From the human T2T-CHM13v2.0 reference genome, Homo sapiens, in assembly GCF_009914755.1 (NCBI RefSeq), contig NC_060926.1: a DNA stretch of 64,000 nt; one strand, written 5' to 3'. The notes beneath the pieces were generated by a model. The model did no database searches. It was not told the DNA's origin and worked only from the letters and a program-made list of their open reading frames with translations. Position numbers and translations under genes: made by a program. Shown in pieces: positions 13,706-26,599 of the stretch (positions are counted from its first letter, which is position 1; each line of letters starts with the position of its first letter).

Positions 13706-14309
13706 TGTCAGAGGCATTTGGACCAGAGCAACTCCATCTTGAATAGGGGCTGGGTAAAAGAAGGCTGAGACCTACAGGACTGCATTCCCAGGAGGTTAGA
13801 CATTCATAGTCACAGGATGAGATAGGAGGTCAGCGCAAGATACAGGTCACAAAGACATTGCTGATAAAAAAGTTTGTGGTAAAGAAGCCGGCCAAAACCA
13901 AGATGGTCGTCCTCACTGCTCATTGTATGCTAATTATAATGCATTCATGCTAAAAGACATTCCCACCAGTGCCATGACAGTATACAAATGCCAGGACAAT
14001 GTCCAGAAGGTTACCCTATATGGTCTAAATTGAGAGGAACCTTTGGTTTTGGGAATTGCCTGCCCCTTTTCCAGAACACTCTTGAATAATCCACCCCTTG
14101 TTTAGCATATAATCAAGAAATAACTAGAAGTCTAGTCAGTCGAGCAGCCCATGCTGCTGCTCTGCCTATGGAGTAGCCATTCTTTTGTTTCTTTACTTTC
14201 TTATTAAACTTGCTTTCACTTTATTCTGTGGACTTGGCCTGAATTCTTTATTGCATGAGGTTCAAGAACCCTCTCTTGGGGTCTGGACAGGGACCCCTTT
14301 CCAGTAACA
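13706..14309 (+). mobile_element. MER41 solo LTR, copy 2 (MER41B-like)
   Basis: tgtcagaggcatttggaccagagcaactccatcttgaatagggg...ccctttccagtaaca; 4-bp flanks ctct/ctat. Confidence 0.9.
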
Positions 14310-15462
14310 CTATAGTTTTTGACCTACTGAAGAAAAAAGAGGAGGAAAAACAGCTGAAAGTCTTACCTGAAGCCCAGTCTGGCTGTAATTTTCTTATTTT
14401 TCATTCTATCTTTAGCTCTTATTTCTTCTCTGCAGGTAATCCAAGGCTACTCTCCCCCATGCTCTTCCTCTCCCAAGTTGTTATTTAAAGTACAAGGGCT
14501 TCTGGATACCTCCTCTCTGCCTCTGAGCTGCAGGGAGGGCGGGCAGGGATCACCGGGGCAGGTGCTGACTGTCATTCTTCCCGACAAGGTGGGGCAGGCT
14601 CTCTCCTCCAAAGCCTCAGAGCTAGGGTTGATAAGCGGCCGTGTCAACTGCTTTCTGCCAGAATGGGCCCTGAATCTCCCTGGAGTGAAACACCTGCTCC
14701 TTGGGTGGGCTGCACCAGGAGAGGCAAGGGACGAGAAAACTGCTGGAGGTTGCACTAGTCAATTAATTAACATCATATAACCAAGGGGAAAGGGAGCTCT
14801 TGAACTTGATATGCAGACTTATGCAAAATAATATGTAGATTATCCCAGGTTTGGAATGAAGAATTCTGGATTCTGGCATTTTTCTTAAATAGGAATTTAG
14901 TACTGCTGAAGCTCAGAGAGAATAGGAAGTGGACATATTTTGAGTTAAAACAGTTAAGTCTTTCCTAACTCGAGTGCATGATAATACCCACTGTGTATAA
15001 TTTGGCAAATACAGATAAGGCTCACTCCATCTATCTGTTTAGCTTTATCACCCTGTTCCCTAGAAATTTCAATCTTGAAGTCTCCAACTGACCTTTTGTC
15101 AGAGGTGTTGGAACCAGAGCAACTCCATCTTGAAAAGGGGCTGGGTAAAATGAGGCTGAGATCTGCTGGGCTGTATTCCCAGGAGATTAGGTGTTCTTAG
15201 TCCCAGGATGAGATAAGAGGTTGGCACAAGATACAGGTCACAAAGACCCCACTGATAAAACAGGATGCAGTAAAGAAGCTGGCCCAAACCCACCAAAACC
15301 AAGATGGCAATGAAAGCGACATCTGGTCATCCTTATTGCTCATTACACGCTAAAACATTAGCATGCTAAAAGACACCCCGACCAGTGCCATGACAGTTAA
15401 CAGATGCCATGGCAAAGTCCCGAAGTTACCCTATATGGTCTAAAAAGGGGAGGAACCCTCAG

Positions 15463-15491
15463 TTCTGGGAATTGCCCCCCCTTTCCCGGAA
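15463..15491 (+). promoter_or_regulatory. Tandem GAS (STAT) motifs in MER41 copy 3
   Basis: TTCTGGGAA at 15463-15471 and TTCCCGGAA at 15483-15491 both fit TTCnnnGAA; binding is not shown by sequence alone. Confidence 0.65.
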
Positions 15492-15590
15492 AACTCATGA
15501 ATAACCCACCCCTTGTTTAGCATATAATCAAAAAATAACTGTAGTTAGTCAAGCAGCCCATGCTTTTCTGCCTATGGAGTAGCCATTCTT

Positions 15591-15753
15591 GTTTTTTTGT
15601 AAATTTTTTTAAAATTTTACTTCAAGTTCTAGGATACATGTGCAGAACATGCAGGTTTGTTACAAAGATATACATGTGCCATGGTGGTTTGCTGCATCTA
15701 TCAACCCATCATCTAGGTTTTAAGCCCCGCACACATTAGGTATTTGTCCTAAT
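15591..15753 (-). mobile_element. L1PA (PA7/8-like) 3' end fragment
   Basis: T-rich tail then aagttctaggatacatgtgcagaacatgcaggtttgttac...ggtatttgtcctaat; TSD gccattctt at 15582-15590 and 15754-15762. Confidence 0.9.
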
Positions 15754-15999
15754 GCCATTCTTTTAGTCCTTTGCTTTCTTAATAAACTTGCTTTCACTTT
15801 ACTCCATGAACTTGCCCCAAATTCTTTTTTGCATGAGATCCAAGAACCTTCTCTTGGGGTCTGGAGCTGGACCCCTTTCCGGTAATGCTTTCAGTCATGC
15901 TGGAGCAGCATATTCAGGGCACCTGGCCACTATGTGTTTCCATCTCTGAGCTTTGCTTAGACCTTTACAGAGTATCAAAAAGCCATGCAATATGATGTG

Positions 16000-16170
16000 G
16001 GGGGTGCGTTTCAGAGCTAGACTTGTGTTTGAAACCTGACCTTGGACGACATTATATAACCTTAATGAGCCTTAATTTTCTCTTCTGTAAAATGGAAATA
16101 ATATCAATCCTACCACGGTTTTGTGACAAGTAAATGAGATATGTTGCCTGGCACATAGTAAGCTCTGATG
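16000..16170 (+). mobile_element. MIR
   Basis: gagccttaattttctcttctgtaaaatgg core and cctggcacatagtaagctc 3' part. Confidence 0.7.
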
Positions 16171-17881
16171 CTTATCCAAATCTGATGCAAATGTTAAAGC
16201 CCAGCTTGAGTTCTACTTCCTTCGTAAAAGTTTTCATTTCCATTGCAGCTTAAAGTAATCTCTACATTCTCCTGAAGTATTAGCTATGCAATTCATCTGC
16301 AAATTAAAAATGCATTGCTTTATGACTTGTCTTTTTTGTTGTTTTATTAATTAACCTTGTGTTGTTCTTTGATTTACTCTTCACTTCTTTATTTCTTGTC
16401 TTCCTAACCTGACTGTAGGTCTTTGAGGATGGAAACTATGTCTTATGGTTTTTAGCCTCCCAAGAAGTCTGGAATACATCTGCGCAACAAATACTTGAAC
16501 ATCTTCCTTTCCACAGATTAAGAACCAGAAACAAACACATCATTAAATACTCATAAGTGGTCATCTAGACCACAGAAGGTTTCTTCCACAAGGAGCTTAC
16601 ACTCTGACAACAAGAAAAGCCCCATTTGTTCTCCTAGCCTTGTTTTCTATCTTGCATGCACGATTTTAATGAGGAACAGTAATGTCCAATGTTAGCCCGG
16701 AGTTTCCAGCAGAAGTTAATAGCAGTAGGCAGAAAACTCATGGAAAACCAAAAGAAGAGGTGGGAAGTCTTCTTAATTAGGTCCTGCTTGTTGAAAAGAG
16801 TGGTATCAGGAATAGGACTTACCAGGCATTTAACGTCTCCATATGATCTTATCAAGCCTTGAGAGAATTAGCTGTGGCTCAGCTATTGTAGCCATGTTCT
16901 GAGCCCTGGATTCCTGGGTTTCAGGGTTGGAGCACTGTCATTGCAGAATTCCTACTTTTCCCTGGACTGAAGCAGAAGATCTCAGTGAAATTCAGGAGGT
17001 CATTTACTGAGTGAAATACCTTGATCTGTTGCTTATAGCTCTGAAGAAATCTTAGGGAGCAGATAAGAAGGTTTATGTAAAATTGTTCAGTGTTTTAAAA
17101 GACACACACACACAATTTTCCACTTTAACCACACTGTGATAAACAGGGTTATTCTGTAAAGTGATACACTCTATATTTGGGGTCATGTTTATTGGACAAG
17201 AACTCTTATTTTCTATACAAGTTCCAACATGAGACCAGAAAATGTGAACAATTATAAGAGTTTTATACTTCTCCCAGGGTCATTGTGAGGATGAATGAAA
17301 TCTGCCTGAACCTCAGTTTTGTATCCTTGGTAGACACAGCTGAATACAAAAACAGGTTCTGAAAACCCTGGGTTTTCCTTTTGAATGGCATGGTTAATAC
17401 TAAATACTCCATGCACATTTGTTACATTTGCATAAAAATATGAGTTAATCTGAGGATCTGGGTATTCACAGGAATTCAGACCAAATAACAAAGCCATGTT
17501 GATAAATCTGGTGTCTTCAGTACCTTGTCTTGGGTTGGCTATGCCCTGTGTTCTACTGGGCACATGGTTGGCACCAACCCTCAGGTTGCTGCTCAGTGGG
17601 TTCAATTTCTTCTTTCTTTTTGATCTCCTGCTCTTTCTTTTATTCTCTCTTGCTTCTGTTTTTCTACCTCATCTTTCTCTTTCTACCTCTCTCCCCCTTC
17701 CACCTCTACCTCTTTTTCTGCCTTTCCTTTCTCCCTTGACCATTTTTTCCCCCAGTAAAACACCAGTAAGTTATACATTGAGTAAGTGATATCTGGCAGG
17801 CTCCTTATTCTTAAAAAGTACTGGGTATAAATAAACAGGTTTCAAATATAATAGAGTTCTTGTAAAAGAAAAAAATAAACA

Positions 17882-18190
<309 letters not shown>

Positions 18191-18200
18191 GGCATGACAT

Positions 18201-18673
18201 TGATAAAGATTATCTCCTTAAGAAAATGTAGTCAGTGTCTCCTGGACTTTTTTTCCACTAGGTAACTCTGCATTGTCCAATTTTACCAAGAATTCTGCTA
18301 GGACAATTTAACCAGACCTCCATCCCACCTCACCTCCTCTATATCTGATCACCTTCGATATCCAATATGTCATCAGATTCCTCATTTTCCTTCATTCCCC
18401 AGGGTGATTATTGATCACCCTGGTCTGCCTTCAGCAAGAATCCTATCAGATTGGTTTAGCCAGAATTGCCCCCTTCCCCCTGGTATTTTTTTTTTTTTAG
18501 TAATTTTCTATCCTCTGACTTCCCCCTTCCTCCTTGGCTATAAAATTCCAACTTGTTCATGCTGTATTCAGAATTGAGCCCAATTCTATACTGAGGTCTC
18601 TTTTCCCTTATTGCGATGGTCCTGAATAAAATCTGTTTTTACTGTTTTAACTACCGTCTAGCTCTGATTGACA
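18201..18673 (+). mobile_element. MER31/MER67-like ERV1 solo LTR
   Basis: Starts tgataaagattatctcctt, internal cagcaagaatcct...tttagccagaat, TATA-like ggctataaaa, AATAAA, ends tgaca. Confidence 0.7.
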
Positions 18674-18819
18674 ATATCTACAAACAAACTGCACACACAA
18701 TTTTGCTCTTGTGAAATTACAGAAAGGACTATGTTTTGGTGATTAATGCTATCCAGCGAGCCATGTTTCTAGACTCTCATATAGGTACAGGTGGGAAGGA
18801 ACCGATTTAGATTTTAGCC

Positions 18820-18930
18820 CCTTCCTTCCTTCCTTCCTTCCTTCCTTCATTCCTTCCTTCCTTCCTTCCTTCCTTCCTCCCTCCCTCCCTCCCTCCCTCT
18901 CTTTCTTTCTCTCTTTCTTTTCTTTTCTTT
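18820..18930. repeat. (TTCC)n/(CTCC)n/(TTTC)n polypyrimidine tract forming an Alu tail
   Basis: Directly visible; abuts the minus-strand Alu. Confidence 0.92.
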
Positions 18931-19193
18931 CAACAGAGTCATGCTCTATTGCCCAGGCTGGAGTGCAATGGCACATCTCGGCTCACTGCAACCTCCACCT
19001 CCTGGGTTCAAGTGATTCTCATGCCTCAGCCTCCCCGAGTAGCTGAGATTACAGGCATGCACCACCACACACACCCAGCTAATTTTCTGTGTGTGCTTTT
19101 AGTTTTTATTTTGTGTGTTTTTAGTGGAGACGGGGTTTTGCCACATTGGCCTGGCTGGTCTCGAACCCTTGACCTCAGGTGATCTGCCCGCCT
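18931..19193 (-). mobile_element. AluS lacking its 5' end
   Basis: cagagtcatgctctattgcccaggctggagtgcaatgg...gacctcaggtgatctgcccgcc; expanded middle linker. Confidence 0.9.
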
Positions 19194-19673
19194 GATGGCT
19201 GAACTCAGTGGGAGATGGATGAGTAGCCATTGGGTCTGGGCCCAGGAGGAGACCCAAAGATCCATGGGGTCCTTTTCCTGCTATGAAAAGGAATTGAGAA
19301 AACTTCCTGTACATTGTTAATGGTAGGCAATTGGAACTCTATAGTAGCAAAAAAATTTTAAACTGTTACATTTTAATTTCTAAACTTAGGTTTTGGGATG
19401 AATCTATCCCAGGTTTCAAGTTGTGAGTCCTAAAAATTTGAATGCCCAAGCCATACTAAATCTATACATTTAGCATATAGAAGTACATGTATGTATATAA
19501 ATTTATATGTAAATTTCTCTCTATATATATGTGTTTTATTATTTATTTATGTATGTTACTGAAAGAGCAATAAGAGAAAATACTAACTAAGTTGTTTTAA
19601 GTGTGTCAACTTACTTCTGTCTAGAAAGTTAGAATACTCCCTGTCCATAGAATTAGATCTCTGGGCCATTATT

Positions 19674-19906
19674 ATTATTATTATTATTATTATTTATGAA
19701 ACATTTGGTTTATTATTTTCACAATAATTTAAACGTGTACAATTTGCCAGTTTTGTGTATTTTCTGCTTTTCATGTCTCTGCATATCTCTTTAATGTATT
19801 TCTTTCAAAAAATGTTTATTTCCATAGGTTTTTTGGGGAACAGGTAGTATTTGGTTACATAAGTTCTTTAGTGATGATGTGTGAGATTTTGGTGTACCCA
19901 TCTCCC
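19674..19906 (-). mobile_element. L1PB-like 3' end with a 3'-transduced segment and (TAA)n tail
   Basis: L1 3' end at ~19805-19906 (tttatttccataggttttttggggaacagg...ggtgtacccatc), unique segment ~19697-19804, (TTA)n tract, all inside TSD ctgggccattatt (19661-19673, 19907-19919). Confidence 0.8.
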
Positions 19907-19919
19907 CTGGGCCATTATT

Positions 19920-21410
<1,491 letters not shown>

Positions 21411-21419
21411 CTAACAGGC

Positions 21420-21610
21420 ATACATTATCATTTCAGTTATTCCCCACAACAGCTGTATAAAGAAAGTAGTATTATTATGATCCTCTTTTACAGGTGAAGA
21501 AAATTCTCAGAGACGGTTAGGTAAATAGTCCAGGTCACTTGATTAAGAGGTCCTGGGGCTGGGAATTGAACCAGGGAAGTCTGAGTCTGACTGTAAAGCC
21601 TCCTTTTCAA
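21420..21610 (-). mobile_element. MIR
   Basis: ttttacaggtgaagaaaattctcagagacggttaggtaaatagtccaggtcac. Confidence 0.7.
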
Positions 21611-23846
21611 TCTTCTTCAAAGATATTGCTGCTGTATACTGTAATTAACAGTTTATTTGTATTTATTTCACCTGCTTTATTGTACATTTTACTTTATCTC
21701 ATTATCAATACTAATAATACTTGTCTTTTCCATGATGTGTAAGTTACGTACATTCTTCAGTGCTGCACTGATGCCAGATAAAATTTTGGTCGTCAGACTC
21801 CTATCTTTTTCTTTTAAATTTTGTTCTTGTTCTTTTTCTTCCTCTCTGCCTCCCTTCCATCCTTCCAATATTTAGTGGTTTCAATTCTGGAAGTATAACT
21901 CAGAGATCTCTAGTTTTGAGGGTTAGCTTTATCTAGAATGGAAAAGCTTTGGCTCGAGTCTCCATCCCAGGAATCTGGAGTCTGGAGCTCCACTGGTATT
22001 TCTCCCTGGTATTTTTGCAGATTCGTAAAAGATGCATGTTCCTGTAGTTGCCTTTCATTCTAATTTCTTGTTCCTGCTGAGCTTCTTGCTCTTGTATATG
22101 TCTTGCTGCCTTTAACTCGTTTTTCTGTCCTGCATCGTCTTGAAGGTTGTATGCAGCTCCCACTTTTTTCAAAAGTTCCTCCAAACCCAGGCCCTTCCTT
22201 ATAGTATATGTTTCAAAAGGGTTGGGAATCACACTGCAAATTAGAGATGATATTTTACTGACAGTTATGCACCCCTCGGCCCTTTCCATCATAAGAATTT
22301 CTCTCTCACTCTCATCCTTAAGTCTTTCAACTCTCTTCAACTGGGGGTCCTGTCTCTCTCAACTTTTTTCTCCTTTTCATGTTCCCTAAATCTCTTCCTT
22401 CAGTTACCAGTAAGCAGCCAACTTCCCAATTCTGATGACTTACCTAGCTAAAACAATTTACCTCTTCTTTGTGCAAACCTTTTCCAGGGGCCCTCATCTT
22501 CCAAAATCAAATATTTTGAACTTTTTTTTTTAACCAAAAGAAAAGTTTGCTCTCCAAGAGAAATTTTGTCTTCCTTCTAAATATCCTGGCTCAAAATATA
22601 CTTTGCTTGTAAAAATAATAGTTTTGTTCCTTCCTATTACATCATTGGTAGGAGACTCACATCCATGCTATATCATTTTATTTTATTTTCTGTTGGCTTC
22701 TAGAAATAAGGTGATATATAGTATAGAGTTCTCATAGTTATTCAGTTGGTATTTAACCCTTATTTGTGCATTATTATGTTTTTCTTTTAAAAATCAATGA
22801 ACTCTTTAGGATCAATGAATAAAATGATTTTTGTCTTAGAATTGGGTTGAAATCTACACTCTAAGATGAAACTATAAACTGAAGCAATCAGGTTTCATAG
22901 CCCCTTTTTATTCATTTGGAGTCCTGTATTTATGCTCCCACAAGTGTGGAAGAGATTGCAGGGCAAAATAAAGCAATGCTATCTGATCATGAACCCACAT
23001 GGAGCCTAGACTGCAGGTCATAACATTTCTTTACTTCCCCATCAATTGGAGTTTCAGTTGATATGGATTTATACTGGATGAGCACCTGAATCTCTTCTCT
23101 GTTCGTCTCCCTGCCTTTCCTTCCTACCGCCCACCCTCAAGTTATTGCCCACCCCCAGGGTCCTGGTGTCACCCTAGTTTACCAGGTAAAGTTGAGGCCT
23201 CCTAGATGTTGTTGCTGGCACCATCCTAATGGCTATGGCTCCATAGAGTCCACTAGGCTGATGGGGAGAAAGGGCCACATCAGTGAAAGGAAAGAAAACC
23301 TCCTCCAGGCATGTATCATTCATGAATCACATGGGTTTGTAGCTGGGTAGCAGTGGGCTGATGGAAAAGGTGATACAAAAGCCAAGATCTGGGTTTCTAG
23401 GGCTTTGCCCATAGGAGGAGCTCACGGTCTGGTAGGTATTAGGAACAGTTATTTTGGAGCTGTGTGGAGTAGTGATTCTGTGCATTTGTTGGAGTGTTCG
23501 GATTTATCAAACTTTCTGATTTTTGTAACATCCCAACAAATTTCCTGTCTGCACTAGTAATTACTGTGTAGGGTTCTAATTTTGCTTGGTGTCCAGACTA
23601 GCTTCTCCCCTGGGCAGTGTCCATGTTTGCTGTAATTGGATGATGCCACACAATCCACTGCTGTTGCCAGATTTCATTATGACTTGGTGTCTTCTGTATT
23701 AATTTCCCCACTTTGGGGCTGTTTCGCAGCAAGTGAGGCCAATTTCCTTTTCAATAGCGCAAATCTGTAGACCCAATTTGAGCTGCGAGCTAAGTGGGTG
23801 CATTTGCTCAGCTCTGATTGACTGACAGTGTTCTCTTTGTTGATTT

Positions 23847-23877
<31 letters not shown>

Positions 23878-24112
23878 TGAGAGCTTGATCCCAAGAGGCA
23901 GCTGGCACTCGCTGGAAGCCAGAGGACTCATCTTTGAAAAGCCCAGGAATACATCTGGGCAGCTGGTTTTGTCCAAAATTATTTTGTTCTAGTTTAAGTT
24001 GTTGGGGAATGAGACACCAGGTCTGCAGTCTCCTCTGCAGCTCTCACCCCAGTTGACCAAGAGGCCTTTGTGATCCAATCACTGGAGGAATCTGGAGTCA
24101 GAAGGATGTAGG

Positions 24113-24361
24113 AGGGTGTGAATAGATTCACCAAGTAAAATACAAGATGCCCAGTTAAATTTGAATTCCAAAAAAAAACAAATAATCTCTAGCGTATCTC
24201 ATGCAATATTTGCCCAATACTTTTTAGCATAGGTATGACCCTTGCAATTTCTGGGAAGAATTGCATGGTACATACTTATACTAAAACATTATTCATCAAT
24301 TATCTGAAATTCAAATTTAACTGGGTATCCTGTATTTTTATTTGCTAAATCTGGTAACCCT
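24113..24361. mobile_element. MER53-like palindromic MITE with duplicated centre
   Basis: Long inverted arms taaaatacaagatgcccagttaaatttgaatt / aattcaaatttaactgggtatcctgtattttta; ends ctggtaaccct. Confidence 0.8.
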
Positions 24362-24679
24362 AGGTGTGTATGATATGAAAGGATAAGTGCAGTTGGGATT
24401 ACTGTAAAAAAGCCAAGAGGATGAAGGGATAAAATCCAAACCCAAGGGGGAAAGAAGGTTCCAATGGATTATTTGAAAAAGAGGAGCACACCCACGAAAA
24501 ACTCACTTAATTGGCACAAAATAAAAATAAACATAGCTCATGGGAACCAAATTTGCTATTTTAGGCTTCCTAGCAACAGTAAAACAGGAAGAGTTGGTTT
24601 CTTAATGATTCATATCCCCCCTTAGATATTAGTGATGCCATGAAGTAAAAGCAGATTAATCATTTCTGATTTGGCGGCA

Positions 24680-24860
24680 CATAGACCAATAAGTGTACAT
24701 CACATTTACCTGGAGGGCTTGTGAAAACACAAATCGCTGAGCTGCATGCTGAGTTTCTGACTCAGTAGTTCTGGTGTGGGGCTGGGAATTTTGTGTTTCT
24801 AACAAGTTCCCAGTTGATGCGGATGTGGCTGGTCTGGGCACCACATTTGGGGCATTTTGG
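24680..24860. mobile_element. MER5A-type hAT-Charlie MITE
   Basis: gagtttctgactcagtagttctggtgtggg...tttctaacaagttcccagttgatgc...accacattt. Confidence 0.75.
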
Positions 24861-24867
24861 TTTAAAC

Positions 24868-25210
24868 TTGTGCTATCAAATACGGTGGCCGCTAGTTCTT
24901 GAAATATGGTTAGTCTGAATTAAGATATGCCATGTAAAAACACACCAGGTTTTGAAGGTGTAGTATGAGAAAAGAATGTATAGTATCTCCATAGTAATTT
25001 TAAAATATTATCATTTTGACTACACATTAAAAAGATATCTTGGATATACTGGGTTAAGTAAGATATATTATTAAAATTAATTTTACCTGTTTCTCTTTTT
25101 TTAAAAAAATATGGCTACTAGAAAATGTAAAATTACACAAATGTAAGTTACACATTTGTAATTTAACTGGGTGTCCTATTAACTCAACTATTTCCATTGG
25201 CTGGTGCTGT
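24868..25210. mobile_element. MER33-like hAT-Charlie element
   Basis: aattaagatatgc...ttggatatactgggttaa...attaaaattaattttacctgtttc...tggctactagaaaat. Confidence 0.75.
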
Positions 25211-26329
25211 TTCAGGCCACCATTTTGGTCTAAATCTGGACATCCATAAATTAGTGTGAAGGAAATAGGTGAGAATGCCTTGAAATTTTGTGATGCATTC
25301 TTGAGTTTACTGTCTCTTCTAAGACTTACTAAATTCTCTCCCTTGGGGATATCTTTTGAAAAGTTAAACATATTCCAGCATCCTGGTGCTTGATGCAAGT
25401 AGGCTTTGCAGGGAGCCCAAGTAGCAGTAGGGCGGGCTGTGAAAGGCAGGCTTTATCCTGGGAAGGTGCGAGAGAGGACTAGCTGTTACTCCTGCTCAGG
25501 GACCTCTGCTCTGATAAAGGGGAGATGGTCACCATCAGAAAAGTGACCACTTCTGTCCCTACAATTGCCTCCTTGCCCTGTTTTGGCTATTTGCTGGATT
25601 GGAAAAAGAACTCAGTGATGGTGGAATCTATAAATAAACACGGGATGGCCAGTCCCTAAGAGGTCCCCCTTTCCTCCCTTTTCTCTCTCCAGTCAAAACT
25701 CAGCAAGAAGCCTGGGTCCAGGTCTGGGTTCTACAGCTAATAAGCACATGCTGAACTTGAACAAGATTAGAAAGAAAGCCCCAGAGAAGGTTAAAGCATC
25801 AGAAAATTGAATTTCTGACAAAAGGCCAATGTTGGACTATTTCCTTTGGAAAAGAAAAGCCTTCAAGTACCTGAAAGGTTATCCTACAGAGGTTGTAGAT
25901 AATTGTACTGCCCCTACCAAGAATAAAACTGGTGGAAAAACATTTAAACTGCTGTGTGGGGGATTTGGTTTTCAGGCAAAGAAGAATTTCCTGACACTGA
26001 GAATAGTTTATCACTGGAAGACTTTCTGTTATTGTCTACCCAGCCCTTTGCCTCACATTTTTTGCCTATACTGCAATGACATTTGTGGGTGATTTCCACT
26101 CCCTAGGTATGGATGGGATCAGGAATTATGCCCTGAGATGTAGTGGAAGGCTTGGTGTCATTTTGACCAGGGAAAAGATGCCAGAAGGCATACCTATTGG
26201 TCTTTGCCCAATTTCTGATTCCCAACCTTTGTAATCTTCCCTCTTGCAATTGATTATAGTTACCCAGGTTTTTAGTTTGAAACATTAAGTGAGCTTAACC
26301 AGAATAGGAATTTATTAGAAGATTGTAAG

Positions 26330-26550
26330 CAGTGCTGGGCTGGAGCCAGTATAAGCTCCAGAGCCTCAGATGGGTGGACTTAAATTGTTACAATTCCAGG
26401 AGCTTTGTAAACTGGTTGGTGTCACATTGTTAGCTTGAAATCAGCCATGGTAGGGGTATTTACACCATGGAAATTGGCAAACAATACAATTCAGAGCCCT
26501 CTTCCTCATCTTGCCCCAGGAAAGCCAGTTGTTAAGCATTAGCACCCATA
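26330..26550. mobile_element. MER63-like hAT-Blackjack element
   Basis: agcttgaaatcagccatggt...tttacaccatggaaattggcaaac...gccagttgttaa. Confidence 0.65.
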
Positions 26551-26599
26551 GCCAGATGTTCAGTAGCATAACAAATGCTTCCTGTGCTCATGTCATGTC

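Larger units (their letters stand above)
15097..15887 (+). mobile_element. MER41 solo LTR, copy 3 (MER41B-like), with nested L1 fragment
   Basis: tgtcagaggtgttggaaccagagcaactcc...ccctttccggtaatg; TSD cttt at 15093-15096 and 15888-15891. Confidence 0.9.

Noticed and set aside
12781-15887. MER41 LTR pairs as the two ends of a provirus
   Set aside because: Spacers are only about 380 and 790 bp, lack internal ERV features, and each LTR has its own flanking duplication and subfamily structure.
17590-17750. Pyrimidine-rich tract giving a hydrophobic transmembrane-like ORF (17496-17789)
   Set aside because: Low-complexity CT-rich DNA translates to L/F/S/P by composition alone.
23849-23875. T27 as the tail of a processed pseudogene
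   Set aside because: No target-site duplication and no recognisable retrocopy body next to it.
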